A stretch of 52,373 nt of DNA from Chiloscyllium plagiosum (lineage: Eukaryota). Below are positions 11,813 to 23,517 of this stretch, in pieces; the stretch's first letter is position 1, and the number at the start of each line of letters is the position of its first letter. The stretch lies in contig NC_057754.1 in the NCBI RefSeq assembly GCF_004010195.1, positions 8,294,360 to 8,346,732 on the forward strand. Reading direction: 5' to 3'. The translations under genes and the position numbers were made by a program. The notes beneath the pieces were generated by a model. The model saw nothing but the letters and a program-made list of their open reading frames with translations. It searched no databases and was not told the DNA's origin.

Positions 11813-11947
11813 ATATGAACCTTGCAGCTCAGCGAGCAAACCTACATCCAGAACTTCAACCTGAGCTACAAATCTTCTCAAAACCCGCGAATTAAATTTA
11901 AAATTTGAGCGGTTCCGGTCATTCTCGCTGAGCTGAAATGTTTGTTT

Positions 11948-11987
11948 TCAGACGTTTCGTCACCCTGCTTGGTTACATCATCAGTGA
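11948..11987 (-). ncRNA. Minimal hammerhead ribozyme motif (family B variant) in a second PLE end fragment (~11923-12075)
   Basis: Minus: UCA CUGAUGA U GUAACC-AAGCAG-GGUGAC GAAAC GUC UGA; stem I covaries to UCA/UGA. Confidence 0.7.
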
Positions 11988-12723
11988 GCCTCCGGTGAAG
12001 TGCTGGGGTTAGTGACCCACTTTCTATTGCTGGGGCTTGGGCTGTAAGGTGGGTGATACAAATCTTCTCAAACATCGCATCCATTCAGAAGTCGAATAAC
12101 AGCGGTCAGGAAGCTGTTCTTGAGTCTATTCATACCTGCAAATAAACGTTTCTCGCCCCTTCCCACTGGACGGGGGTGGAAGAGAGTGTAACCGGGGTGG
12201 GAGGGGTCTTTGATGGTGTTGGTTGCTTGGGGAAATATAGATGGATGGAAGGCTGGTTTGTGTAACAGACTGGGCTATGTTCACCAACTCTCTGTTGCTT
12301 GCAGTGCTAGGAAGGGCAGGCCCCAAACCACACAGGGATGCATCCACACAGGATACCTTCTCGGGTGCCCTGATAAAAATTGGTCAGAGTCCTTGTGGAC
12401 ATGCCGAATTTCCGTAGCCGCCTGAGGAAGTAGAGGTGTTGTGCTTTCTTGACCGTTGCATCGGCGTGGGTGCACCAGGACAGACTGTTGGTGAACATTA
12501 CTCCCAGAACCTCTCGACCATATCCACCTCAGCGCCATTGATGCAGACCAGGATGTGCCCTCCACCTTGCTTCCTGAAGTCAATGATCAGCTCCCTTGTG
12601 GTCACAGCGCGCCCTCTTACAAACATCGCAGTGTTTTCAAAAGCACCGTTTGCTATAAAGTCCACTTGTTACAAATGAATAGGGACTTTTTGACACGGCA
12701 GGTATAAATGTGTCTCCCTGTTA

Positions 12724-13005
12724 GGGGTGGCACGGTGGCTCAGTGGTTTGGTTCCAGCCTTGGGCGACTGTCTGTGTGAATTTTGCCCATCCTCCCCGTG
12801 TCTGTGTGGGTTTACTCCGGGTGCTCCGGTTTCCTCCCACAATCCAAAGACGTGTAGGTTAAGGTGGATTGGCCATGCTATAATTGCCAAGTCGGGGGGG
12901 GGGGCAATATAGGGGAGAAGAATGGGCCTGGGTGGGTTCATTTTTAGAGGGTCGGTGTGGAATTGTTGGGCCGAAGGGCCTGTCTCCACACTGTAGGGAA
13001 TCTAT
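12724..13005 (+). mobile_element. HE1-like V-SINE, internally deleted
   Basis: ggggtggcacggtggctcagtgg head, V-domain-like ctccccgtgtctgtgtgggtttactccgggtgctccggtttcctcccac, LINE-like tail. Confidence 0.88.
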
Positions 13006-13299
13006 CTGTACAGATTCCGAGTTGCATATCTATCGTCATCCTGCATGGAGCCCTCATATTAAACGTTGCAAGTGTAGTTTGCTTAAAGATCATATTTCTG
13101 AATTCTTTCTGCGGAAGAGCGGTGAAAGCGGCCTGGTAAAGCGACACACACATGCGCACCCGGGCAGTGAGGTTATGGATGGTTTGCTTTCAGATTCGGA
13201 CTATGCCTTGAGAGAGAAAGTTGAGCTGTATAACATGAAGTATTGCCTCAGTAATGAGTGCACAGGGATCAACTTAAAGTGATGGATTGAGAATAAAAA

Positions 13300-13410
13300 T
13301 GGGAAAACTTGCATTGATGTTGCGCCTTTCGTGACTTTGGGACATCCCAGAGAGCTTCACAGTCAATTAAGTACTTTCCAAAGTGTAGTCACTGTTGTAA
13401 TGGAGGAAGT
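13300..13410 (-). mobile_element. SacSINE1/Deu-like SINE 3' tail
   Basis: Reverse complement cattacaacagtgactacactttggaaagtacttaattgactgtgaagctctctgggatgtcc...aaaggcgc. Confidence 0.6.
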
Positions 13411-14294
13411 TACTGCACATTAACAACATGCGTTTCAGCGTTTTGAATCCCTGAGGACACAGAGCAGCATGACTTAGAATCAAAGTGTCAGTGCCTCTTA
13501 GAATCTCACAGCACTGAATAAGGCCATTTGGCCCATTCTGCCTGTGTTGGCTCTTGTGAGTGAGCTGTCTGGTTAATGCCAGGTCCCCTTGCCCTCCATA
13601 AGCCTTCAGCTTGAGCACTTGTTGGAAATTACTGGCTCCCACTGCCCTTACTCAGGCAGCGCCTTCCTGGCTACGGCAAGGGGACAAAATCGTCCCCATC
13701 TCCGTCTCTGGCCGATTAACTTTGATCTGTGTTCCTTTGGTTCACGACTGGAATCTCCTTCAATCGATCGACTCGGTTTAATCTGCCCTTTGACCTCTCC
13801 GGTTTTGAAGGACAACCATCCCAGCTTCCCTCATCGCTCCATGCCAGAGCCTCACCCATTACCGTTGACATCTTCTGTCCGTAGTTGCAAATCCTGCCTG
13901 CACCCAAACCTGTGTGTGCCCTGAAACAGTGTATGGTGAGGAAAATGTCTCACGTGCATAAGGTCCAGAATTTATTATGCTCATGTTTGCAGAAATGTAG
14001 GAAACAGAATAGGCCGTACAGCCCCTGTTCCGCCATTCAACTCAGTCATAGCTGTTCTGTGAACCTGCCTTCAGCTCATATCCTTTTGCTGACCAAAAGT
14101 TTCTCTTTTCCATATTTAAGGTTGACAACTGATCCAGCATCCACTGCTGTTACAAACACCAGCCAGCCCTCGTGTGTACTGGTGCTTTCTTACAACTCTC
14201 CTGAACGCTCTGGCCTGAATTCACAGACCTTGTGCCCCCCCCCAGCTAAATTCAAGGATCCCCAACCAGTAGAAATAGTTTCTCCTGGTTGTGG

Positions 14295-14980
14295 GCAGCC
14301 CACGGGGGCTCAGTGGTTAGCACTGCTGCCTCACAGCGCTTGGGAGTCAGGTTTGATTCCAGCCTCGGGCGACTGTCTGTGTGGAGTTTGCACATTCTCC
14401 CCGTGTCTGGGTGGGGTTTCCTCCGGGTGCTCCGGTTTCCTCCCACAGTCCAAAGGTGTGCAGTTAGGGTGGATTGGCTATGCTAAATTGTCCCATAGTG
14501 CCCTGGGATGTGCAGGTTAGGGTGGATTGGCCATGTTGTATTGTCGCATAGTGCCCAGGGATATGCAGGTTAGGGTGGATTGGCCGTGCTAAATTGTCCC
14601 ATAGTGCCCAGGGATGTATAGGTTAGGGTGGATTGATACGTGCTAAATTGTCCCATAGTGCCCAGGGATGTGCAGGTTAGGGTGGATGGTCCGTGCTAAA
14701 TTGTCCCATAGTGCCCAGGGATGTGCAGGTTAGGGTGGATTGGCCGTGCTAAATTGTCCCATAGTGCCCAGCGATGTGAAGATTAGGGTGGATTGGCCGT
14801 GCTAAATTGTCCCATAGTGTCCAGGGATGTGCAGGTTAGGGTGGATTTGCCGTGTAAAATTGTCCCATAGTGTCCAGGGATGTGCAGGTTAGGGTGGATT
14901 GGCCGTGCTAAATTGCCCCATAGTGTCCAGGGATGTGCAGGTTAGGGTGGATTGGCCATGCTAAATTGCCCTATAGTGTT
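14295..14980 (+). mobile_element. HE1-like SINE with about 10 internal 53-bp tandem units
   Basis: tRNA-like head (ggctcagtggttagc, ggtttgattcc), V-domain, then the array from ~14455. Confidence 0.92.
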
Positions 14981-14982
14981 CA

Positions 14983-15089
14983 ACAAATCCACATCGACCC
15001 TCCGAACAGTAACCCACCCAGACCCATTGCTCTTCATTTACCCCTGACTAATCCCTGGGCACTATGGGACAATTTAGCACGGCCAATCC
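14983..15089 (-). mobile_element. Inverted HE1 3' segment abutting the plus-strand copy
   Basis: caaatccacatcgaccctccgaacagtaacccacccagaccc...gggcactatgggacaatttagcacggccaatcc is the reverse complement of one unit plus tail. Confidence 0.8.
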
Positions 15090-15714
15090 GTGAATTTCTG
15101 CTGAAGATTCTCGTCGTGAGCTCATCATGGCACTCAGCAAGAATGCCAAATCCCAACCAATGGCAACATGTTATTTATAGGGTTCTGATGGGCTGGCAAG
15201 TTGATTCTGGTTGGCTAGGGGGGGCTACGGGGAGCGGCAGACACCCCAAAGTACCCAGGTAATTCATGACTTAGAGAAGTGACCTTTAACGCTTGCAAAA
15301 GCATGGACCATCTTCTTTCTTAAAATATAACCAGAGATTGTGATGCAGGAAACCAGCAAGTGTAACATTTATTGCAATGTATCCCCTGATTGAGTTGTAC
15401 AGGCTAACCACAGGGACTCAGTGACTGTGATGTTAACAGTTTCCTCTCCTTGCAGGATGTTCATTACTCTTTCCAGACAGCACTGTGAAAATATCGCATA
15501 ACAGCCCCCGTTTTAATGGCTCAAGGTAGTATCCCTTTGAGCATGCTACCTACCCACAGGATGTGCTATATCTTCAAGTCGCTCAGTGTATTTTATTCAC
15601 AGTGTTAGAGTCTGCAGCACAGTTATTAGATTGAGTTGTGACCGTTATGTTGGACTTGTACACAGGGAGTGCATGGCTGCTCAGAATTCCTTATTGATGA
15701 AAAGATAGAGCTAT

Positions 15715-16345
15715 TATAGAGTCACAGGGGTGTACAGCACAGAAACAGACCTTTCAGTCCAAACCTGTCCATGCCGACCAGATATCCCAACCCAATCTAG
15801 TCCCACCTGCCAGCACCCGGCCCATATCCCTCCAAACCCTTCCTATTCATATACCCATCCAGATGCCTTTTAAATGTTGCAATTGTACCAGTCACCACCA
15901 CTTCCTCTGGCAGCTCATTCCATACACGCACCACCCTCTGTGTGAAAATTATTGCCCCTTAGGTCTCTTTTATATCTTTCCCCTCCCACCCTAAACATAT
16001 GCCCCTCTAGTTCTGGACTCTCCGACCCCAGGGAAAAGACTTTGTCTATTTATCCTATCCATGCCCCTCATAATTTTGTAAACCTCTATAAGGTCACCCC
16101 TCAGCCTCCGACGCTCCAGGGAAAACAGCCCCAGCCTGTTCAGCCTCTCCCTATAGCTCAAATCCTGACATCCTTGTGAATCTTTTCTGAACCCTTTCAG
16201 GTTTCACAACATCTTTCCGATAGGAAGGAGACCAGAATTGCACACAATATTCCAACAGTGGCCTAACCAATGTCCTGGACAGCTGCTACATGACCTCCCA
16301 ACTCCTGTACTCAATACTCTGACCAATAAAGGAAAGAATACCTAT
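15715..16345 (-). mobile_element. CR1/HER1-like LINE 3' fragment
   Basis: Reverse complement of the 24530-25045 element at high similarity. Confidence 0.92.
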
Positions 16346-16795
16346 TGTTGAACGTTTTTTCTGTTGGTTTTGCTTTTGTCAGGACAAATCCACGAATGCC
16401 ACATTTAAATCAGGACTGTTGATGTAGCAGGGGAAACTTTATAACTGATGGAAGCGACATACACTCTGCCAACAAAGGGAGCACATTGAAGTCTTAAATT
16501 ATCCTGGGGCTTGGAGTAGCAACAGACATCTCGCAACAAAATAAACCAAAAAAATGCGAAATTTTCACACAAACCAGGCCATGTTTCCCAGTAGCCATGG
16601 CCAGAGTCAGAGAGTCATAGCGTTGTACAGCACAGAAACAGGCCCTCGTATTTACCTAAAGTGAACTTCATCTGCCACTCCTCAGCCTGTCAACCCATCC
16701 AGTCAAGGTCCTATCGTACTCCAAGGTAACCTTCTTGGCTGCCCACCACCTCACCAATTCTGGTGTCATTTCTAAACTTATGAACCATACTTCCT

Positions 16796-17133
16796 ATTAT
16801 TCACATCCAAATCATTTATATGGATGACAAATAGGCTGTGGACCCAGCACATCTCCCGGGGCTCGAGGGACAGGGCAGGACCTGCCCTCACACTCCCGTC
16901 CGAGGTAGTGCAGGGGCGCACAGCAAGATCCCACTGACAGCCGCACGGTGACAGACCCCTACCGGATTATTCACATCCAAATCATTTATATGGATGACAA
17001 ATAGGCTGTGCCCAGCACATCTCCCGGGGCTCTAGGGACAGGGCAGGACTTGCCCTCACACTCCCGTCCGAGGTAGTGCAGGGGCGCACAGCAAGATCCC
17101 ACTGACAGCCGCACGGTGACAGACCCCTACCGG
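16796..17133. repeat. Tandem duplication, 170 + 168 bp
   Basis: 16796-16965 is repeated at 16966-17133 with a 2-bp indel and a few substitutions. Confidence 0.95.
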
Positions 17134-17421
17134 CTCCTGCCGAATAACGGCGGCTAAAGGGGAAGCCACTGACTCTGGAGAGAATTCCTTACCCCCCCTC
17201 CCCAACCCGCTCCACGGACCACTCTTACAGCAGTGGCTGTTGGTTCCACCTTACCTCAGATCATGTGGGCTGTTGTTTCAGCACCTCAACACAGCTGATC
17301 ACTCCCTGCCTAAGGCAGAGATTATTCCATCAGCCGGTTTTCTGTCTTGGAGTTTCATGGATTCAGATTTCCCCACCCCAGTTACTCAGCCACTAAATCT
17401 TAAACCACGTTTTCTCTGGGA

Positions 17422-17520
17422 ACACTGCACTGTCGGAGGGTCAGCACTGAGGGAGTGCCGCACTGTCGGAGGGTCAGTGCTGAGGGAGTGCTGTGTTGTC
17501 AGAGGGTCAGTACTGCTAAC
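17422..17520 (+). repeat. Short array (about 3 units) of the 33-bp repeat
   Basis: cactgtcggagggtcagcactgagggagtgccg repeated. Confidence 0.85.
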
Positions 17521-17554
17521 CGCTGCGCCACAATGTCTGAAGAATTTTTACTCG

Positions 17555-17685
17555 GCCTGATGAAGGACTTTTGCCCGAAACGTCGATTCTCCTTCTCCTC
17601 AGACGCTGCCTGACTGGCTGTGCTTTTCCAGCGCCACACCTTTTGACTCTGACTCTCCAGCATCTGCAGTCCTCACATTCTCCTC
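17555..17685 (+). mobile_element. PLE family A solo arm with a hammerhead motif at 17557-17584
   Basis: CTGATGA A GGAC-TTTT-GCCC GAAACGTC gattctcc...ctccagcatctgcagtcctcacattctcc; one stem II mismatch. Confidence 0.8.
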
Positions 17686-18746
17686 CTCTCGTAACGTCTC
17701 GTGACGTTACCACTCAGGCTAACACCTCCCCGCGGCATGGAGGGTTTCCCTACTCAATCTTGGCCGTTTGATCAGGAAAAGGTGGCATTCCGTACAGAGT
17801 GGGCCACACATCAGGGATCCAGGGTATGTTCTGCAGGAGTCAGGAGGCTGGGATTACCCCGATCAGGGGCCAGATGTGTATTTCCTATTCACGCGGTGGC
17901 CACATGAGTGAAAGCCAACCTTACCTCAGTCTCGGCCTTGCGTTCTGAGGAAACGTTTTTGAACCACAGCTCGATACAGCAGCGAGATTGTGGAATTGTT
18001 CAATGCAGAGGGCTAGCTCAGTCACATATTGAGGGCTGAGGTGAGACATTTAAAGGGGAAGGGAATCAAGGGTCATGGGAGGGAAGCAGGAAAGTGGAGC
18101 TCACCCGATCAGCCCCGATTCTATTCAATGATGGAGCAGTCTCGAACAGTCTTGCCAAGCTCCCGTATTTCCAAGGAGGCCTTCGGAAAACCAGTGTGGA
18201 CATCCAACAGCGCTTCCTCCCAACATCCAGGATTGAACCCCCCTCAGAACTCCTCGACAGACAAAGGGAAGTCAGCCCCACGCAGACTCCGGGGCAGGGA
18301 CACGTACATTTCGATCCCATCGTGCACAGCCGGCAGAGGTTTCTCAGTGATGTACAACCCAGTGAAGTACTTCCGAAGTGCAGTCCCCGCTGCCATCATT
18401 AGCACTTCTGACTTAACAAATGCAAATCCCCAGAACCAAGCAATACGCTCCTCATTTGCTGTGTTTCAGATGATTAATCCGCCACTTAGACTGGAGAGGG
18501 GACAATCCTCAGTAACGTGTGACATTGTCTGAGACTCTCCACAAGCCCATGAGAGCTCCACGCTGATTATTATCATAATTATTCGGTTAATGGGTTGCGC
18601 TTGTCATGTAGAAATTGTGACCCTTCGGAGAAAAAAAACCCCTTCCCCGGCTCTGAAGCACTTCTGTGTTGTCCTGAGGTTGCGTGCGGCATGGTATCTG
18701 CACAAGTCCTCACAATCTCCCTTTCACCGAGTCATGCGTCCTCCCA

Positions 18747-19092
18747 CCGCGCCGAGACAATTGTTGGATGTGTCTCTGCCGTTCCTGACGCTCCGGGCCA
18801 CTGTCCTCACAGTTTCTGGGTGTGAAGAGAGGTCTGGGGCTCAAGTTGACCTGCGCGTCGCACAAATCGAGATTCGGACTGCCGCTCGCTTATTCAGTCA
18901 AAAACGGGTTGAGAGTTTCCCGCGCCGAGACAATTGTTGGATGTGTCTCTGCCGTTCCTGATGCTCCGGACCATTGTCCTCACAGTTTCTGGGTGTGAAG
19001 AGAGGTCTGGGGCTCAAGTTGATCTGCGCGTCGCACAAATCGAGATTCGGACTGCCGCTCGCTTATTCAGTCAAAAACGGGTTGAGAGTTTC
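18747..19092. repeat. Tandem duplication, 2 x 173 bp
   Basis: 18747-18919 is repeated at 18920-19092 with about 4 substitutions. Confidence 0.95.
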
Positions 19093-19094
19093 AG

Positions 19095-19640
19095 GGGCTG
19101 GCCTCAGCATTTATTGCTGCTGTCTCTAATTAGCCCTTGGGAAGGTGGTGGTGTTCCTATGTATCTGCTAGACCTCATCTCTTGAGATAATGGTGATCGA
19201 GACGTCGTTTAAAGAGCCTTTGTGAGATAGTATACACTGCTGCCTCTGAGCGTCGGGGCTGGAGGAAGTGGACGGTTTTGGACGAGGTGCCAATCAAATG
19301 GGGGCTGCTTTGTCCAGGAAAGTGTCGAGCTTCTTGAGCTGTTGTCCGAACTGCACCCATCCAGAGCGAGTGGGGTGTATTCCATCACACTTTGGACTTT
19401 TACCTTGTGGGTGGTGGACAGGCCTTTGGGGGAGTTTGGAGCTGATTTATTCGCTGCAGTGTTCCGAGCCCCTGACCTGCTTTTGTAGCCATTGTGTTTA
19501 TATGGCGAGTCCAGTTGAGTTTCTGGTCAGGGTGTTGACAGTGGGGGATTCAGTGATGCTAACGCCATTGAATGTCAACAGGTGATGGCTTGCTTTCTCT
19601 CCAATTGGAGACAGTCATTGCCCGGAATTTGTAATGTCAC
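19095..19640 (-). mobile_element. Old LINE (L2/CR1-clade-like) 3' fragment
   Basis: Same family as 31250-32010 (cagcatttattg...agtccagttgagtttctggtca...ccattgaatgtcaa). Confidence 0.6.
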
Positions 19641-19744
19641 TGAATTATCATTTCCAAGTCTGAAGCAGTTTGGTTAGAGGAGCATTGGAAGACAAAACAT
19701 ACAATTCTAAAGGAGGTGTGTAAATAGAGGGATCTGCTTCAACA

Positions 19745-20450
19745 TCTGATTTGATCTGATTTATTATTGTCATGTGTACCTAGATACAGTGCAAAGTTTT
19801 GTTTTACGTGCTGTACAGGCCGATCATACCATACAAAGTGTATTCGGATCAGAGAACAGAGGGAAGAATACAGTGTTACGGCTGCAGGGAAGGTGCACAA
19901 ATCAACATTAAATTTGAGAGGTCCGGTCAGCGGTCCAATAACAGCGGGGAAGAAGCTGTCCTTGAATCTGTTAGTGTGTGTGTTTGAGCTTTCGTATATT
20001 CTGCCTGAGGGAAGAGGGTGGGAGAGATTATAACCGGGGCAGGAGGGGTCTCTGATGATGTCGGCTGCCTTCCCAAGGCAGTGGGGAGTGTAGATGGAGC
20101 CGGTGGATGGAAGGTTGGTTTGTGTGAGGGATTGGGCCGTGTTCACAGCTCCCTGGAGTTTCTCACGGTCCCGGGCAGAGCAGTCGGCGTGATGCATCCG
20201 GAGAGGATGCTTTCTACAGTGCATCAGTAACAATTGGTACCAGTGTTTTACAAACATGCTGCATTTCCTTAGCCTCCTGAGGAAGTAGAGGCATTGTTGT
20301 GCTTTCTTGACTATTGCATCCATGCTGGTGGACTAAGTTAAAGTGTTGGTGGTCATTACCCCCGGGAACCTGACACTCTCAACCATCTGCATCTCAGCAC
20401 CAGTGATGTCGGCAGGCACGTGCTGCCCACCTTGCTTCCTGAAGTCAGTA
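19745..20450 (-). mobile_element. Rex1/Babar-like LINE 3' fragment
   Basis: Minus ORF DAIVKKAQQCLYFLRRLRK...IIRDPSCPGYNLSHPLPSGRIY..TNRFKDSFFPAVI; 3' end aataataaatcagatcaaatcaga. Confidence 0.85.
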
Positions 20451-20680
20451 TGTGTTTTGCACACATCGTTGAGGGTGGAAGATTAAGTCAAAACAGCGTG
20501 GTTAACAAGTCTTACAGAATTTTGGTTTTGTCAGCTGAGGAGCTTAATACCAATCCTCGGAAGCGCTGATAAATTTGCACAGAACGCTGGGTACGTCCTC
20601 AGTTGGTGTATCATGTCCAGATAAGGGTGCTCCGCTTCACCAAGGATGTGAAGGCCTCAGTCAGAGTGAATGCATTTATG

Positions 20681-20984
20681 GGCGGCACGGCGGCTCAGTG
20701 GTCAGCACTGCTGCCTCACAGCGCCTGGGACCCGGGTTCGATTCCAGCCTGGGGCAGACTGTCTGCGTGGAGTTTGCACGTTCTCCCCGTGTCTGTGTGG
20801 GGTTTGCTCCGGTTTCCTCCCACAGTCCAAAAGGTTTGCAGGTCAGGAGAATCGGCCACGCTAAATTGTCCCATAGTGTTAGGTGCGTTGGTCAGAGGGA
20901 AATGGGTTGCTCTCTGGAGGGTCGGTGCGGACTTGTTGGGCCGAAGGGCCTGTTTCTCCATTGTAGGGAATCTAATCTAATCTC
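20681..20984 (+). mobile_element. Near full-length HE1-like V-SINE (single 53-bp unit)
   Basis: A box ggctcagtgg, B box ggttcgattcc (20735-20745), V-domain, tail ending (aatct)n. Confidence 0.93.
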
Positions 20985-21089
20985 GTAAAAAGGATCCACA
21001 AGCATGGCCCAGGGATGAAGGATTCCGTTGCCGTGGTTAGATTAGGGAAGATATTCTCTCTGGAGAAGAGAAGGTTGGGAGGAGATTTG

Positions 21090-21225
21090 AGGTAAAAACA
21101 ATGACTGCAGATGCTGGAAACCAGATTCTGGATTAGAGTGGTGCTGGAAAAGCACAGCAGTTCAGGCAGCATCCGAGGAGCAGGATCCTGAACTGCTGTG
21201 CTTTTCCAGCGCCACTCTAATCCTG
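21090..21225. mobile_element. Short fold-back of a family A-related PLE end
   Basis: ggattagagtggtgctggaaaagcacagcagttcagg ... cctgaactgctgtgcttttccagcgccactctaatcc inverted arms; flanks gagatttga / gacatttga. Confidence 0.75.
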
Positions 21226-21814
21226 AGACGACATTTGAACAAGGCATTCAAAGCCACGAGAAATCTGGGCCGAAAGGAGAGGGAGGAAGTGTTCCCATTG
21301 GTTGAATGGTGGGGAGTCATATTGAAAGTGGAGTCAATCAGGGCTCTGGGAGCGACCCAATACCCGCTCAAGTGGCGGTTAGGGATGGACAATAACTACT
21401 GGGCCAGCCAGCAACAGTGACATCCCGTGAAATAGTGACAACAGTGTGTCGGATAAAAGAGAACTGACCCTGACCCTCGACCCCAGTGGCCTACGTACCC
21501 TGTTCTGTTTGAAAGCTCAAGCATTCAGGCTCGACCCTATGCTTCCGTAATCGGTGCCAGTTTCATAACCCATGTTGCCAAGTGTTCCTGTCATCCCTGG
21601 GGTTTCAATTATATAGTATGTTGTCAAACGCCATCTGCAAGTTTTGGAGATTAATTATTCCTCTGCCAACTCAATGAAGTGTAGCCACAGTGTTGATAAT
21701 GATATGAGAGCCACACTTCAAGTAAAGTGCTTCGAGACGTCTTGTGGTTATGACATCCACTTAACCCTGCTCTTTCCCCATAGCCATTTCTTCATGACAA
21801 GCATTTATCCATAA

Positions 21815-22945
21815 GATAATGGAGGAAAATTAGGCCATTCAGTCTGCTCCATCATTCAATCATGGTTGATATGTTCCTCAGCCCTATTCTCCCCATACCC
21901 CTTGATCCCCTTACTCATCAAGAGCCTACCTATCTCTGTCTTAAATTCTCGGCCTCCTCAACTCTCTGCGGTAACGAGTTCTACAGATTCACCACTCTCT
22001 GAGGAAAATTCCTCCTTATCTCAGTTTGAAGAGGTCATCCCATCATTCTGCGGCTTTGGGTCCTCGTCTTTTCTCCTTGGTGGGAACATCTCCACCGTCC
22101 ACTCTGTCCTGGCCTAGTCAGTCAGATTCCTGTCGGCCTTCGAAACACCATCGAATGCAGACCCAGTTGCCCTTTGGTTTTTAAATGCTCCTGTTGAAGG
22201 CAGTGCCCAAAAGGCCCCAGGTTCTCGATCTTAGCGCCTCACTCCTGTCGCACCGACGATCCACCTTGTAGCCTCTCCCAGGACGTGAAGTCCTTCGTAG
22301 CCTGCAGCGTCAAAAATTGGCGACAGGTATTTGAGCCGAGGACCAGCCAACGTTCTGTAAGGGTTTCTCATAACATTGTACCAATGACTTGTACATGAAT
22401 ATGCCCCAGGTTTCTGCAGCCCTTTAGAACTGACTGTTTAGATTTTGTCGCCTCCTCCATCTTTTCACCAACATGCATCGGTAAGGGCGGTTGGATGGAG
22501 GGCACCGATGGTGTCGTGGTAATGTTTCTGACATCATCATGCACCAAATTCGCTGGCTCGCGGGGAAGGTTAATGGCCTTTATTTCAGACGGAATGAGGT
22601 ATACGAGTGAGGCGGTTTTGCTAAACAGTGTAGAAGGCTCTGGTCAGACTACAGCTGGTTGTACAATGTTTGACCCTCTCTCGAAGGAAAGACTTTCCTG
22701 ACCTTGGAGGCAGTCCAGAGAAGGTTCACCTGACCGAAACCAGGTACGGAGGGACTGTCTTATGAGGAGAGGACTGTCTTATCAGTAGGTTGGGCCTGTA
22801 CTTGTTTGATGAAAGGTGACCTATTGAACCGTACAGGATTCTTAGGGAACTTGACTGGGTAGATGCTGAGAGGCTGTATCTCCCTGTGAGCGAGTCTGGG
22901 ACCAGAAAGCAGAATCTCAGAATAAGGGTCACTCACTTAAGACAG
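21815..22945. mobile_element. Cluster of degraded CR1-like fragments (minus ~21815-22170, plus ~22560-22945)
   Basis: taggccattc...ccataccccttgatcccc tail (minus); ttggaggcagtccagagaaggttcac...agaatctcagaataaggg (plus). Confidence 0.65.
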
Positions 22946-23517
22946 AGTCATCGAGTCACAGCACAGAAACAGACTCTTCAGCACAACGAGTCATAATCCC
23001 AAACTAAACTAGTCCCACCTGCCTACGCTTGGCCCATATCTCTCCGGACCTTTCCAATTCATGTACTTATCTAAATCAGTGAGTCTTGAAAAGGTTTGTA
23101 GCTCAGGTTGAGGTTCTGGATGTAGGTTTGCTCGCTGAGCTGGAAGGTTCACTTTCAGATGTTTCGTCCCCATACTAGGTAACATCATCAGTGCGCCTCC
23201 AGATGAAGCGCCAGTGGTATAGCCCACTTTCTGTTCATATGTTTGGCTTTCCTTAGATTGGTGGTGCCATTTCCTGTGGTGGCGTCATTTCCTATGGTGA
23301 TGTCATGTCCTGTTCTTTTTCTCAGGAGGTGGTAAATGGGATCCAAGTCGATGTGTTTGTTGATAGAGTTCCAGTTGGAATGCCATGCAGACAACAAGCA
23401 AAACTAATGTCATTTACAAAATACCGTGCAAGGACTGTAACAAACACTACATTGGACAAACAGCAGAAAACTAGCCACCAGGATACATGAGCATCAACTG
23501 GCCACAAAAAGACATGA

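Larger units (their letters stand above)
11413..11890. mobile_element. Penelope-like element remnant (family B) with inverted terminal repeats and a 12-bp TSD
   Basis: Arms ~11413-11515 and ~11745-11847 are inverted. The internal minus strand encodes WDNTSILGQAKQRHA*EFLEAWHSNRNSINKHIELDP (GIY-YIG C-terminus). attaaatttaaa is duplicated at 11401-11412 and 11891-11902. Confidence 0.88.
11240..12600 (-). mobile_element. Rex1/Babar-like LINE 3' fragment, split by PLE insertions at 11413-11890 and ~11923-12075
   Basis: Minus ORF KKAQHLYFLRRLRKFGMSTRTLTNFY..GILCGCIPVWFG is typical of the Rex1 RT C-terminus; 11240-11412 resembles the 3' UTR of the copy at 19760-19920. Confidence 0.8.

Noticed and set aside
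15456..15525. Plus-strand acceptor/donor pair as a PC exon
   Set aside because: No resemblance to the expected upstream PC peptide; weak donor.
19739..20323. 194-aa ORF as a host gene
   Set aside because: Degenerate Rex1/Babar reverse-transcriptase C-terminus running into the 3' UTR.
20681..20750. tRNA gene
   Set aside because: The A/B boxes belong to the tRNA-derived head of an HE1-like SINE, followed by SINE body and tail.
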